In this document: positions 33,170-43,568 of the stretch, piece after piece
Layout of the letters: each line of letters starts with the position of its first letter
Position numbering within the stretch: position 1 is the first letter of the stretch
Source: an uncultured Gemmatimonadales bacterium
GTDB lineage: Bacteria > Gemmatimonadota > Gemmatimonadetes > Gemmatimonadales > GWC2-71-9
DNA: 64,000 bases
Assembly (NCBI GenBank): GCA_963842945.1
Contig: CAWJIM010000024.1
Span: forward strand, 256,001-320,000
Direction: 5' to 3'
Made by a program: the position numbers and the translations under genes
Notes under the pieces: model-generated
Seen by the model: only the letters and a program-made list of their open reading frames with translations
Told to the model about the DNA's origin: nothing
The model's database searches: none

Positions 33170-34849
33170 AGGGCATTTCGTTTCCATTGATCCGCTATGT
33201 AGTCGCTGGTGCGCCAGGACAGGGCCAGAATGGTCCAGGTGGGGTTCTTGTCGGCTTGACTGACGAAGGGCCCGCCATCGGCGACAAAGAGGTTTTTGAC
33301 CTCATGGGACTGGCAGTGCCGATTGAGAACAGAGGTTCCGGGGTCGTTCCCCATGCGAGTGCCTCCGACCTCGTGGATGATTCGGCCCCCAGCAGCGATC
33401 CCGAAGCCGTCCTCGGCCGTGGGCATCGGCGTGAGTGGCTGACCTCCCATCTCGGTGATGATCGCCCGCAGGGTTTCCTGCGCATGCCTCGACTGCGCGA
33501 TCTCATGCTCGCTCCATTTCCAGTGGAAGCGGAGCACCGGGATACCCCACTGATCGACCATGTTCGGATCGATCTCACAGTACGAGTCGACGTTCGGGAC
33601 CATTTCCCCCCGGCTGGCCAACCAGATCGTGGCACCGTAATACCGTCTATAGTCCTGCTTGAGCCGCTTTCCATAGCCCCCGCCGGCGGGATATTGATGG
33701 ACGTCATTCATGGTCCCGTAGCCGGGCTGGCCCCGCCCGCCCCCCACCTCGATGTGGTAGCCTCGGGGAAAGTCCAGTTTTCGGTTATCCAGCCACCAGG
33801 GCATGTAGATATGCGCGCTACCGACCCCGTCCTCGTTGTGCGGTACCTGGTTCATAAGACGAGGGATCACTCCAGTGACGTCACTGCCGGTCGTGTCGGT
33901 GAGATACTTCCCACGGCGCCGCTGGAGTTCGCCAGCCCGTCGGGGAAGCGGGCTGATGTGGAGTTGAGCAGGAGCCGGGCCGACTCGCAGGCGCTCGCGG
34001 CGAGCACCACCGCTCGAGCGCGAACGTGCCGGACTGCTGCGCTGGTCTTGTCGACGTAGGACACGCCGCTGGCGAGTCCCCGCCGGTCCACCGTTACCTC
34101 GCGGGCCATCGCGTTGGTGATCAGAGTGAGCCGGCCAGTGGCGAGCGCGGGTGCGATGAGCACGCCAGGGGAAGAGAAGTTCGAGTTGGTCCGGCAACCA
34201 CGGTAACACTGCCCGCAGTAGTGGCATGCCGCACGACCGTTGTGCGGCCGGGTGAGCACCGAGATGCGGGCCGGAATGCAGGTGACCCCCAGCCGGCCGC
34301 ACGCATCCTTTACTAGGAGCTCGTAACAGCGTGGCCGAGGCGGCGGCAGGAAAATACCGTCCGGATGGTTTCGCAGAGCTTCCACACTCCCGAAGATTCC
34401 GACCAGACGATCGACCCGGTCATAGTAGGGCTTCAGCTCATCGTATCCGATGGGCCAGTCATCCCCCAGACCATCGATGCTCTTCCCCGGAAGTCGTCGG
34501 GACCGAATCGGAGCGAGATACGGCCCCAATGATTGGTCCGCCCACCGAGCATGCGCGCCCGCCACCAGTCGAAGCGGGTGCCGGGCGCGACCGTATAGGG
34601 CTCTCCGGCGATATCCCACCCACCGATGCAGCCGTCGAACTCGCCGAACGGGCGCTCCCTGGTCGGCGCGCCGCGCCGGGGTGATTGGTAGAACCACTCG
34701 AACATCGCCGAATCCTTGCGGCTGTCCCACATCCGCCCGGCCTCGAGCAGAACCACATTGGCGCCGGCCCGGGTAAGGGCGTAGGCCGCCATCCCCCCGC
34801 CGGCGCCGGACCCCACGATGCACACGTCATACGGAGGAGCGCGTCCCAT
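33166..34849 (-). CDS. GMC family flavoprotein oxidoreductase (two frameshifts)
   Basis: IVGSGAGGG, RARMLGGRTNHWGR, CHYCGQCYRGC, HEVGGTRMG, NLFVADG, NPTWTILAL. Confidence 0.92.
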
Positions 34850-34851
34850 TC

Positions 34852-36540
34852 CTAGAGCTGATTCCTCTTGAGCTGTTCCACTGCGTAGGCGGCGGCACGC
34901 GCGGTCAGCGCCATGTACGTGATTGATGGGTTCTGGCACGCCGACGAGGTCATGCAGGCGCCATCGGTCACGAACAGGTTCTTCACATCGTGACAACGGT
35001 TGTAAGCATCGAGGACCGATGTCTTCGGGTCGCGACCCATCCGCGCCGTTCCCATTTCATGGATGGAGAGGCCCGGGGCGTTGTCCTGCACGAACGCCTT
35101 GATGTCCTTGACCCGGGCCGCTTCCAGCATCTCCGCCGCAGTGACCGACATGTCCTGAAGCATCTTGCGCTCGTTGTCGCTCCACATGCAGTGAATCCGC
35201 AGGGCTGGAATGCCCCACGCATCCACCTTCGTCTTGTCCAACTCGACATAGTTGCTCGACCGAGGGAGGCACTCACCGAAGCCATAGAAGGTGAAATTCC
35301 ACTGGCCGGGTTGCCGCAGCTCCGCCTTGAGCGAGGCGCCGATCCCCTTGGTGGTGGCGCCTCGAGCCCACCCATCCCGGCCACCCCCACCCTGGAACCC
35401 ATAGCCCCGAACGAAGTCCGGATGTCTGGTCTTCAGATTTCTGAACCGGGGAACGTAGACCCCGTTCGGCCGTTGGCCAAAGGTGTCGTACTTCTCCAAG
35501 CCGGGAATAGTGCCGCTGGCGCCTCCCCCCATGGTGTGGTCCATCAGGTTCCGGCCCAGCTCACCGCTGGAGTTGGCCAGTCCCGTGGGAAACCGCCGGC
35601 TCGAGGAGTTGAAGAGGATACGGGTGGACTCGAGCGCGGAGGCGCACAGAAACACGACCCGGGCCTGGAATTCGAGCGGTTGCCGGGTCTGCGCGTCGAT
35701 CACCCGCACCCCGGTCGCGCGGTCCCGGCGTTCATCGTAGATGACACTGTGTACCACGCTGAATGGGCGAATCGTCAGCCGGCCGGTGGCCCGTGCGGCG
35801 GGAAGCGTGACGTGAACGCTGTTGAAGTAGGAGCGAGTGGTGCACCCGCGCCAGCAGGGTCCACAGTAGTGACAGGCTTCGCGTCCGTGATGGCGCTGGG
35901 TCAGAATGGCACAGCGCCCGATGGTCATGAGACGCTCATCCCCGAAGTGCTTTGCGATTCCCGCCTGGACTACCTTCTCGGCGCAGTTGAGCGGCATCGG
36001 GGGGAGGAACTTGCCGTCGGGCAGGTGGGGAAGTCCCAGCCGTTGGCCGCTTACCCCGATGAAGTCGTCGACATAGTCGTACCACGGCTCGATGTCGGCG
36101 TAACGGATGGGCCAGTCCACCGCGATCCCCTCGCGCGCATTGGCTTCGAAGTCGAGATCGCTCAGCCGGTAGGTCTGACGTCCCCACATAATGGAGCGTC
36201 CACCCAGGTGCCGGCCGCGGATCCAGTAGAATGGCTTGTCGGGATCGAAGGTGTACGGGTTCTCCACGTCGTTGACGAAGAACTGGCTGGTCTGTTCCTC
36301 GAAAGGGCCGGCCTTGCTCTGGATGAAATGGATGGTCTCGGCATCCTTGCGGTCGCGGAGCCCGCGGAACTTGAACTCATAAATCGGCTTGTGCTCCAGG
36401 TAATCGCGAGCGGGGTCGATCGATCGGCCCGCCTCCAGGACCAACGTGGCGAGGCCTCGCTCGGTCAGCTCCTTGGCGGCCCATCCACCGCTCATCCCTG
36501 AGCCCACCACGATGGCATCATAGCTCCTCCGCATGCTCAC
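34852..36540 (-). CDS. GMC family flavoprotein oxidoreductase
   Basis: VVGSGMSGGWAAKELTE, LGGRS.MWGRQ, CHYCGPCWRGC, HEMGTARMG, NPSITYMALTARA. Confidence 0.95.
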   Translation of the reverse strand: MSMRRSYDAIVVGSGMSGGWAAKELTERGLATLVLEAGRSIDPARDYLEHKPIYEFKFRGLRDRKDAETIHFIQSKAGPFEEQTSQFFVNDVENPYTFDPDKPFYWIRGRHLGGRSIMWGRQTYRLSDLDFEANAREGIAVDWPIRYADIEPWYDYVDDFIGVSGQRLGLPHLPDGKFLPPMPLNCAEKVVQAGIAKHFGDERLMTIGRCAILTQRHHGREACHYCGPCWRGCTTRSYFNSVHVTLPAARATGRLTIRPFSVVHSVIYDERRDRATGVRVIDAQTRQPLEFQARVVFLCASALESTRILFNSSSRRFPTGLANSSGELGRNLMDHTMGGGASGTIPGLEKYDTFGQRPNGVYVPRFRNLKTRHPDFVRGYGFQGGGGRDGWARGATTKGIGASLKAELRQPGQWNFTFYGFGECLPRSSNYVELDKTKVDAWGIPALRIHCMWSDNERKMLQDMSVTAAEMLEAARVKDIKAFVQDNAPGLSIHEMGTARMGRDPKTSVLDAYNRCHDVKNLFVTDGACMTSSACQNPSITYMALTARAAAYAVEQLKRNQL

Positions 36541-37208
36541 CTTCCTGTCGGCGAATGGACTCCAGTGGCAACGCATGGGTCGTAGCGCCCCGGGATGGTT
36601 ACCATGTGGAGCTCGCGGTTCACTCCGATCTCTGACGTGTAGTAGCCGTAGATGGTGAGGAACTTGATCTGCTGCCAGAAGGGCGCGGGCTGCTCGACCG
36701 GCTTCTCCTGCTGCGCCTCGCGAGGCTTCTCCGCTGGCTTCTCCTCCGGCTTCTGACTCGGTTCTAGCGGCTTCTTCTCGGGAGGCTTCTGCTTCGGAAC
36801 AAGCCCGAACTCCTGCTCCAGCACCAGGAGAATCCGCTGCTGTTCAGCCGGCTTGGCAGCGGCAAAGTCCTGACCGACCTCAGCCCGGCTGCGATGGTCG
36901 AGGTCCACCAGTCCGGCAAGGAAACGGGTCCGCTCATCGGTATGGTAATGCTCGGCAACGATGAGTTCGATGAACTGGGGCACTCCTGCCGCCTGCGCCC
37001 CCGGAGTGTCGGTCTCGGGGATAATGCACTCGGCGATCGCGGAGACGGTTGCCCGCTGGTGAGGGTCGAAGAGGCTTGGGAGAGCCTCGCGCTGTACCAG
37101 GGCGTTCAGCCGCTGGCCCAGGAGGAACAGATCTTCAGGCCGGTGCCGGGCGAGCACCGGAATACATACAGCACTGCCGAGAACACGCACGACCTCTCGC
37201 CTATTCAT
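36537..37208 (-). CDS. Gluconate 2-dehydrogenase subunit 3 family (Tat-exported GMC partner)
   Basis: MNRREVV, IIPETDTPGA..AGVP.FI, K.LT..GYYTSE.G. Confidence 0.9.
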   Translation of the reverse strand: MNRREVVRVLGSAVCIPVLARHRPEDLFLLGQRLNALVQREALPSLFDPHQRATVSAIAECIIPETDTPGAQAAGVPQFIELIVAEHYHTDERTRFLAGLVDLDHRSRAEVGQDFAAAKPAEQQRILLVLEQEFGLVPKQKPPEKKPLEPSQKPEEKPAEKPREAQQEKPVEQPAPFWQQIKFLTIYGYYTSEIGVNRELHMVTIPGRYDPCVATGVHSPTGR

Positions 37209-37238
37209 CAGGAGCCTCCAGGTTTCAGTGCTCCTCCC

Positions 37239-38084
37239 TCAGGCATCTCCCAGATCCAACTGCTTGAGGTACTGGTAGCTCGCCCGGGCGAAAGCGAGCG
37301 GGTCCTTTGGATCGTCATGCTCGACGAAGAAATGGCGAGCTCCCGCCTGCTGGCGCCGAGTGAGGATGCGTCGGAAATCTATGACTCCCTTGCCCACATC
37401 CACGTGCTGGTAGGCCGGGGGGCCGGCGGAATCCTTTACATGCACCATCTCGAAGCGGCCCGGGGATCGGTTGAAGTATCGCACCGGGTCTTGGCCGGCC
37501 TTGCTGATCCACATCAGATCGAGCTCGAACGAGACATTGGCCGGATCCGTCTCCGCCAAAAGTACGTCATAGGGGATCTGGCCGTCGACCGGGCTGAATT
37601 CGAAGTCATGGTTATGGTAAGCCAATCGGAGACCAGCGCGCTTGGCGGCCTCGCCCAGCCGATTGAACTCAGCGGCCCGGCGCTTGATGTCGTCGATGGT
37701 GCGGCGATCCTCCTCCGCCAGCCAAGGGATCACGATGTACTGGTGGCCTATGAGATTGGCTCTCTCGAGAGTGCCGGACCAATCCTGGCGCATTGTGTCG
37801 ATGGGAACGTGGGCCGATGGGGCCTGGAGCCCATGGCGCCGGAGAATGGCTTTGATCTCCTCGGGCCGGCGATCGAAGTATCCGGCGAACTCCACCTCCA
37901 CGTAACCGATCGACGCCAGGCTGGCGAGGGTGCCTTCAAAATCTTCACCCAGCCGCCGACGGACGCTGTAGAGCTGGATACCGATGGGACTGAGGGGTGC
38001 CCCAGCACTGCCGGGGAACCCTTTCAGGGTAGTCAGCCAGGCCAGGCCACCGATAAATGAGCGTCGATTCAGGGATTCCCCCAC
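37239..38084 (-). CDS. Tat-exported sugar phosphate isomerase/epimerase (xylose isomerase-like TIM barrel)
   Basis: NRRSFI, GIQLYSVR, YHNHDFEF, ELDL.W, HVKD, VEHD; start uncertain. Confidence 0.9.
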   Translation of the reverse strand: MGESLNRRSFIGGLAWLTTLKGFPGSAGAPLSPIGIQLYSVRRRLGEDFEGTLASLASIGYVEVEFAGYFDRRPEEIKAILRRHGLQAPSAHVPIDTMRQDWSGTLERANLIGHQYIVIPWLAEEDRRTIDDIKRRAAEFNRLGEAAKRAGLRLAYHNHDFEFSPVDGQIPYDVLLAETDPANVSFELDLMWISKAGQDPVRYFNRSPGRFEMVHVKDSAGPPAYQHVDVGKGVIDFRRILTRRQQAGARHFFVEHDDPKDPLAFARASYQYLKQLDLGDA

Positions 38085-38151
38085 AGATCGTGAGTAGGCC
38101 CAAGATGTGGCTCCAAATCGTGGGACGCCAGCACGATCGACTGCACCACTG

Positions 38152-38183
38152 CCCGGCTTCCCTGCTTCCCTACTTCCCCGCTT
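38152..38183. repeat. 8-bp tandem array, 4 units
   Basis: CCCGGCTT CCCTGCTT CCCTACTT CCCCGCTT. Confidence 0.75.
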
Positions 38184-38193
38184 ATAATTGTCC

Positions 38194-40347
38194 ATGCTCA
38201 CCCCACAGACTCGCATTCCCTACCTGCCGGCCCGCATCGAGGGTCTTTCAGCGCTCGCCATGAACCTGTGGTGGAGCTGGAGTCGGGAAGCGCGGGCGCT
38301 CTTTCAGTCAATCGACGTCGCGCTGTGGCACCGTACCCGGCACAACCCGCTGGAGCTGCTCTGCCGGGTCGAGCCGGCACGCCTCGCCGCGTGCGCCAGC
38401 GACAGTGACTTTCTCCTGCGTTACGACGCGGTCATCCAGCGGATGGAGCATGAGGCCGACCACAGCGACACCTGGTTCGCCAAGAACTATCCCGATGTGG
38501 ATGGCCGGCCGGTCGCCTACTTCTGCGCCGAGTTCGGGCTCCACAACTCGGTGCCGATCTACTCTGGTGGTCTCGGTGTGCTTGCCGGCGACCACTGCAA
38601 ATCGGCCAGTGACCTCGGTGTTCCGCTGGTCGGCGTCGGGCTGTTCTATCGCAAGGGTTACTTCGATCAGCGGTTGAATCTGGAAGGCTGGCAGGAAGAC
38701 AGCGACGAGGAGTACGACGTAAGCGCCACTCCTCTCGTCCCCGTGATGGGATCCGGCCGGCAACCCTGGCTCACCACGGTGCAGACATCGGGACGGCCGG
38801 TCCACGTGCGGGCCTGGCAAGTCATGGTGGGTCGAGTACCGATTTACCTGCTCGACACCAACCTCGATGCCAATCATCCCGACGATCGCGGTCTGATGAA
38901 CAAGCTCTACGCCGGCGGGCCCGAGCTCCGGGTGCGGCAGGAGTGGATTCTGGGTGTGGGCGGCGTCCGGGTGCTCCGGGCCATGGGCATCGATCCGGGC
39001 GTGTGGCATGCCAACGAGGGCCATGCGGGATTCATGTTCATTGAGCGACTGCGGGAGCTGATCGTCGCCGGTACGCCGCTGGATGAGGCGATACACCAGG
39101 TTCGTGCGCAGAGTGTATTCACCACTCACACTCCGGTGCCTGCCGGACACGACGCGTTTCCGGCCGACCAGCTCGAGGCCTGTACCGGCCCGGTCTGGGA
39201 AGAGATGGGAATTACCCGGGAACAGCTGCTCGGCCTGGGAGCGCACCCCGGCCATAGCAATCAATTCCACATGACGGCGGTGGCCATGCGCCTCTCGGCC
39301 CGGGTGAACGGCGTCTCCCGGCGGCATGGGCAAGTCACTCGCAACTTATGGCGTGATCTCTGGCCCAACCGCCCGTGGGAGGCAGTTCCCGTCACCCACG
39401 TGACCAATGGCGTCCACCTGGCCACATGGATGTCGAGTCCGGTCATGGAACTGCTGGACGAACACCTGGGCCCCGATTGGGGAGACCGACTGGAGGAGCC
39501 GAGCTTCTGGGATCAGGTCCTGACTCTGGATCATACCAGGCTTTGGGAAGCCCATTTGAGACAAAAGCGCGCGCTCGCCAACTTCATTCGGGAGGACACC
39601 AGGCGGCGCTTTGCCGGCCAGCTCAAGGAAGCGTCGCAGGTCGTGGGCGCGGGAACGCTGCTCGACCCCATGGCCTTCACCATCGGCTTTGCCCGTCGGT
39701 TTGCCACCTATAAACGGGCGAACCTGATGTTCCGGGAGATCGATCGGTTGCGCCGGCTGCTGGTGGACCCGTGGCGACCGGTGCAGATCATCTTCGCGGG
39801 AAAGGCCCATCCGGCTGACAATCCGGGGAAGGAACTGCTGCAGAGCGTCTATCAGTTCACCCGGGATCCAGGATTCGAGGGGCGGGTCGCTTTTCTGGAA
39901 GATTACGACATGCACCTCGCTCACCTTCTGGTTCAGGGAGTCGATCTCTGGCTCAATCTGCCCCGGGTTCCTCTCGAAGCCTCCGGCACCAGCGGAATGA
40001 AGGCGGCCCTGAACGGTGTGCCTCAGCTGAGTACGCTCGACGGCTGGTGGCAGGAAGGGTACGACGGCTTGAGCGGGTGGGCGATCGCTCCGGCGGCAGA
40101 AGGCATGGATGCCGATGCGGCGGATGCTGAAGACTTCTACCGGCTGCTGGAGGAACAGGTGGTGCCGCTCTATTACACCCGCAATGCCAACGGGGTTCCG
40201 CTCGGCTGGGTGGAAAAAATGCGCCACGCACTGCGGCTGGCCGGCAGCCGGTTTACCGCGCGACGAATGATGCGAGAGTACGTGCAGGAGTACTACGCTC
40301 CGGCAATTCAGGGGGAGGCGTCAGGCGACGACCCACCCACGGCATGA
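38194..40347 (+). CDS. glgP: Alpha-glucan (glycogen) phosphorylase
   Basis: NLWWSW, AYFCAEFG, YSGGLGVLAGD, H.NEGH, ARRFATYKR, GKAHP, PLP motif EASGTSGMKA. Confidence 0.96.
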   Translation: MLTPQTRIPYLPARIEGLSALAMNLWWSWSREARALFQSIDVALWHRTRHNPLELLCRVEPARLAACASDSDFLLRYDAVIQRMEHEADHSDTWFAKNYPDVDGRPVAYFCAEFGLHNSVPIYSGGLGVLAGDHCKSASDLGVPLVGVGLFYRKGYFDQRLNLEGWQEDSDEEYDVSATPLVPVMGSGRQPWLTTVQTSGRPVHVRAWQVMVGRVPIYLLDTNLDANHPDDRGLMNKLYAGGPELRVRQEWILGVGGVRVLRAMGIDPGVWHANEGHAGFMFIERLRELIVAGTPLDEAIHQVRAQSVFTTHTPVPAGHDAFPADQLEACTGPVWEEMGITREQLLGLGAHPGHSNQFHMTAVAMRLSARVNGVSRRHGQVTRNLWRDLWPNRPWEAVPVTHVTNGVHLATWMSSPVMELLDEHLGPDWGDRLEEPSFWDQVLTLDHTRLWEAHLRQKRALANFIREDTRRRFAGQLKEASQVVGAGTLLDPMAFTIGFARRFATYKRANLMFREIDRLRRLLVDPWRPVQIIFAGKAHPADNPGKELLQSVYQFTRDPGFEGRVAFLEDYDMHLAHLLVQGVDLWLNLPRVPLEASGTSGMKAALNGVPQLSTLDGWWQEGYDGLSGWAIAPAAEGMDADAADAEDFYRLLEEQVVPLYYTRNANGVPLGWVEKMRHALRLAGSRFTARRMMREYVQEYYAPAIQGEASGDDPPTA

Positions 40348-40357
40348 GACGAATGGC

Positions 40358-41872
40358 ATGGCGACGATACGGCAGCCCGACCGGGAGGTAGCCGAGTCAG
40401 CGCCGCTCCGCACGACCAACGGTCAGCCGGTTTCCGTGGTGCACGTGACGGCAGAGTACTACCCGTACGCCCGTATCGGGGGTCTGGCCGAAGCGGTGAG
40501 CGGTCTGGCCAATTTCCAGCGCGCAGCCGGACTGAACGTCGCGGCGATTCTTCCCCTCTATCGCACGGTCCGTGATGTCGAGCCCGACCTCGAGCCGGTG
40601 GGTCAGCCTTTCATGGTCCCGATGGGCACCCACACCGAGGAAGCGCGCGTGTTCCGGGTGTCCGGCGCCAGCGCCGGGCCCCAGGTCTTCTTCATCGAGC
40701 ACCTGGATTACTTCAACCGACACGGGATTTATGGCGAAAACGCCATAGACTATCCGGACAACGCCCGACGCTTCGCCTTCTTTGCGCTGGCGGCAGTGAC
40801 GGCGCTGCCTCGGCTGGTTCCGGGAGCAGTACTCCTCCACGCCCACGACTGGCACACCGCGCTGGCGCTGGTCTATCTCCGCACGCTCCTGAAGGCTCGA
40901 TTCACTGCGCCGGTCACCGGGGTGCTCTCGGTCCACAATCCAGGCTACCAGGGGCACTTTCCGCCTGACGTCATGCCGCAGATCGGGCTGCCCTGGGAGC
41001 TGTACAACTGGCAACAGCTGGAGTGGTACGGCAAGGTCAATTTTCTGAAGGGCGGACTGGCGTTCGCCGACTTCGTCACCACGGTCAGCCCTACCCAGGC
41101 CGAGGAGCTCCGGACACCGGGCGGCGGTTTCGGCTTGCAGGAGGCATTCATCTGGCTGGCCGATCGCTTGGTGGGAGTCCTCAACGGCATTGATCAGCAC
41201 GCGTGGAACCCCGCCAAGGACTCGCAGATCACCGCCCAATACTCGGCTCAGAATCTGGAGGGAAAGCGCCGTTGCAAGGCTGGGCTGCAGCGATCCTTCG
41301 GGCTGCCGCAACGGCGAAAGGTTCCGCTCTTCGGAATGACCGGTCGCATGGTCACTCAGAAGGGGCTCGATCTCATACTTCAGAGCCGTCAGCTGCTGGA
41401 GACCGACGCCCAGTTCGTGTTTCTCGGCAGCGGTGAGCAGAAGTATGAGACCGCGCTGGTGGAGCTGGCCTCCTCGGCGCCGGATCGCATTGGCGTGCAG
41501 CTCGACTTTACCGACCGGTTGGAGCACCGGCTCATGGCCGGAGCCGACATCTTCCTGATGCCCTCGTTGTACGAACCCTGCGGCCTCACCCAGATGCGGG
41601 CTCAACGCTACGGCTCCCCACCCATTGTGCGCCACGTGGGCGGTTTGGCCGATACGGTGGAAGATTCGGTGACGGGGTTCGCCTTTGACGGCTACACGCC
41701 GGAAGCCTTCCAGGAGGCTACTTTTCGCGCCCTGGACTGCTTCAATCATCCTTCCACCTGGCAGACGATCATGCGTCAAGGCATGGCTCGGGACTTCAGC
41801 TGGGAGCGATCCGTGGCCACCTATCTCGACGTATATCGGCGCGCCGTCGCCCGGACTGCGGCCTCGGCGTGA
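40358..41872 (+). CDS. glgA: Glycogen synthase (GT5)
   Basis: E..P.ARIGGLA, H.HDWHT, HN.GYQG, QKG.D, MPS.YEPCGLTQM, GGLADTV. Confidence 0.95.
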   Translation: MATIRQPDREVAESAPLRTTNGQPVSVVHVTAEYYPYARIGGLAEAVSGLANFQRAAGLNVAAILPLYRTVRDVEPDLEPVGQPFMVPMGTHTEEARVFRVSGASAGPQVFFIEHLDYFNRHGIYGENAIDYPDNARRFAFFALAAVTALPRLVPGAVLLHAHDWHTALALVYLRTLLKARFTAPVTGVLSVHNPGYQGHFPPDVMPQIGLPWELYNWQQLEWYGKVNFLKGGLAFADFVTTVSPTQAEELRTPGGGFGLQEAFIWLADRLVGVLNGIDQHAWNPAKDSQITAQYSAQNLEGKRRCKAGLQRSFGLPQRRKVPLFGMTGRMVTQKGLDLILQSRQLLETDAQFVFLGSGEQKYETALVELASSAPDRIGVQLDFTDRLEHRLMAGADIFLMPSLYEPCGLTQMRAQRYGSPPIVRHVGGLADTVEDSVTGFAFDGYTPEAFQEATFRALDCFNHPSTWQTIMRQGMARDFSWERSVATYLDVYRRAVARTAASA

Positions 41873-43566
41873 GCACGCGCTCGATGGATTTCGTGTTTAC
41901 CCTGCACAGCCACCTACCGTACGTGCTGAACCACGGGCGGTGGCCCCACGGCAGCGATTGGCTGTGTGAAGCGGCGCTCGATACCTATCTCCCGCTTCTG
42001 GAGATCCTCCAGGGACTCGAAGCCGATGCAATTCCCGCCCCCGTTACCATCGGATTCACGCCCGTTCTCGCCAATCAGCTCATCAATCCCACGTTCGTCT
42101 CCGAAATGGAGACCTTCTTCGAGCAGCGGATCTCCGCGTGCGATGAGGCGCCGTCGTCCCTGGGCAAGACCAGCGAGAGTCACCTTGTCCCTCTGGTGCG
42201 CTACTGGCACGACCGATTGGTCCGGCTGCGCGAGCTGTTCCACGCGGTGGGGCAGGACATCATTGGCGCGTACCGTGCCCTGGAGGCCGCAGGCCGGCTG
42301 GAGATCATCGGCTCGGCCGCCACTCACGGCTACCTGCCGCTGCTCGCTCGAGACGAAAGCATTCGGCTTCAGCTGGCGGTAGGTGTGTCCGAGCATCGCC
42401 GGATATTTGGACGATCGCCCAGCGGCTGCTGGCTGCCCGAATGCGCCTATCGGCCGAGAGGGCCCTGGGAGCCATGGCCCACGGCACCAAGGACCGGAAT
42501 GCGTCGGGGGATCGAAGAACATCTGGCCGATGCCGGCTTTCAATTCTTCTTCGTCGATGCTCACCTGGCGGCGGCGGGCAGACCGCTTGGCCTCTCGGGT
42601 GATCCGGCGGGCGATCCCACGGTCCACGCTCCACTCACCCGGCCAATGTCCACCGAGGCACTGCGGTCCCCTTATCGGGCTTACCGGGTGGCCCACGGGC
42701 CGGTGGCCGCCTACGTCCGTGACCCTAAAGCCTCCATGCAGGTGTGGAGTCGGTTTGAAGGCTATCCCGGCGACGAGTGGTATCTGGAGTTTCACAAGAT
42801 GCGCTGGCCCGGAGGACTCAAGTTGTGGCGGGTGAGCGGGCCCGGCGTCGATCTGGGCGAGAAGCAGCCCTACAACCCGGAAGGCGCGGCAGATCGCGCC
42901 CGGGGACACGCGGAGCATTTCGCGCATCTGCTTGCAGGGATTGCCGCAGGTCAGTCGCAAAACCGCGACGGCGTGGTGGTGGCGCCCTTCGACACCGAGC
43001 TCTTCGGCCACTGGTGGTTCGAGGGACCCATGTTCTTGGGCAATATGTATCGAGCGCTGGTGCGGCAGCGGGAGATGATCTCTCCCGCTACTGGTTCTCG
43101 GCACCTGCGGGAACATCCGCCTCGAGCCGCGATCAGGCTTCCCTGGGGCTCCTGGGGTGCCAACGGTGATAGCAGCATGTGGCTGAGCCAGCATACCGCG
43201 TGGACCTGGGAGCGGCTCTGGCCGCTCGAGCAGTCGTTCTGGGACGTGGCCCCCAGCAGCATCGGGTCAACCAGCGCCCGACCAGTTCTGGCGCAGGCGG
43301 CTCGGGAGCTGCTGCTCGCCCAGTCGTCCGACTGGCAGTTCATCATCTCGACCGGCGCCGCCGCCGATTACGCCGAACAGCGCATCCGGCAGCACTGCGC
43401 GGACGCCGAAGAGCTGATTGCGGCTCTGTCCGCCGGTAACGACTCCCAGCTGGAGAGTGCGCAGCGCCGGGCGGAAGAGCTGGGACAGCGGGACCAGTTG
43501 TTTCCCAATGTTATTCCGGCCATTGCCGCCGCTCTGGGCGGATCGCGCTCCCTCGTAGTCGGATAA
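41869..43566 (+). CDS. GH57 1,4-alpha-glucan branching enzyme (DUF1957)
   Basis: LHSHLPYV, THGYLP, WLPECAY, PFDTELFGHWWFEG, RELLLAQSSDW.F. Confidence 0.93.
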   Translation: MSTRSMDFVFTLHSHLPYVLNHGRWPHGSDWLCEAALDTYLPLLEILQGLEADAIPAPVTIGFTPVLANQLINPTFVSEMETFFEQRISACDEAPSSLGKTSESHLVPLVRYWHDRLVRLRELFHAVGQDIIGAYRALEAAGRLEIIGSAATHGYLPLLARDESIRLQLAVGVSEHRRIFGRSPSGCWLPECAYRPRGPWEPWPTAPRTGMRRGIEEHLADAGFQFFFVDAHLAAAGRPLGLSGDPAGDPTVHAPLTRPMSTEALRSPYRAYRVAHGPVAAYVRDPKASMQVWSRFEGYPGDEWYLEFHKMRWPGGLKLWRVSGPGVDLGEKQPYNPEGAADRARGHAEHFAHLLAGIAAGQSQNRDGVVVAPFDTELFGHWWFEGPMFLGNMYRALVRQREMISPATGSRHLREHPPRAAIRLPWGSWGANGDSSMWLSQHTAWTWERLWPLEQSFWDVAPSSIGSTSARPVLAQAARELLLAQSSDWQFIISTGAAADYAEQRIRQHCADAEELIAALSAGNDSQLESAQRRAEELGQRDQLFPNVIPAIAAALGGSRSLVVG

Positions 43567-43568
43567 TC

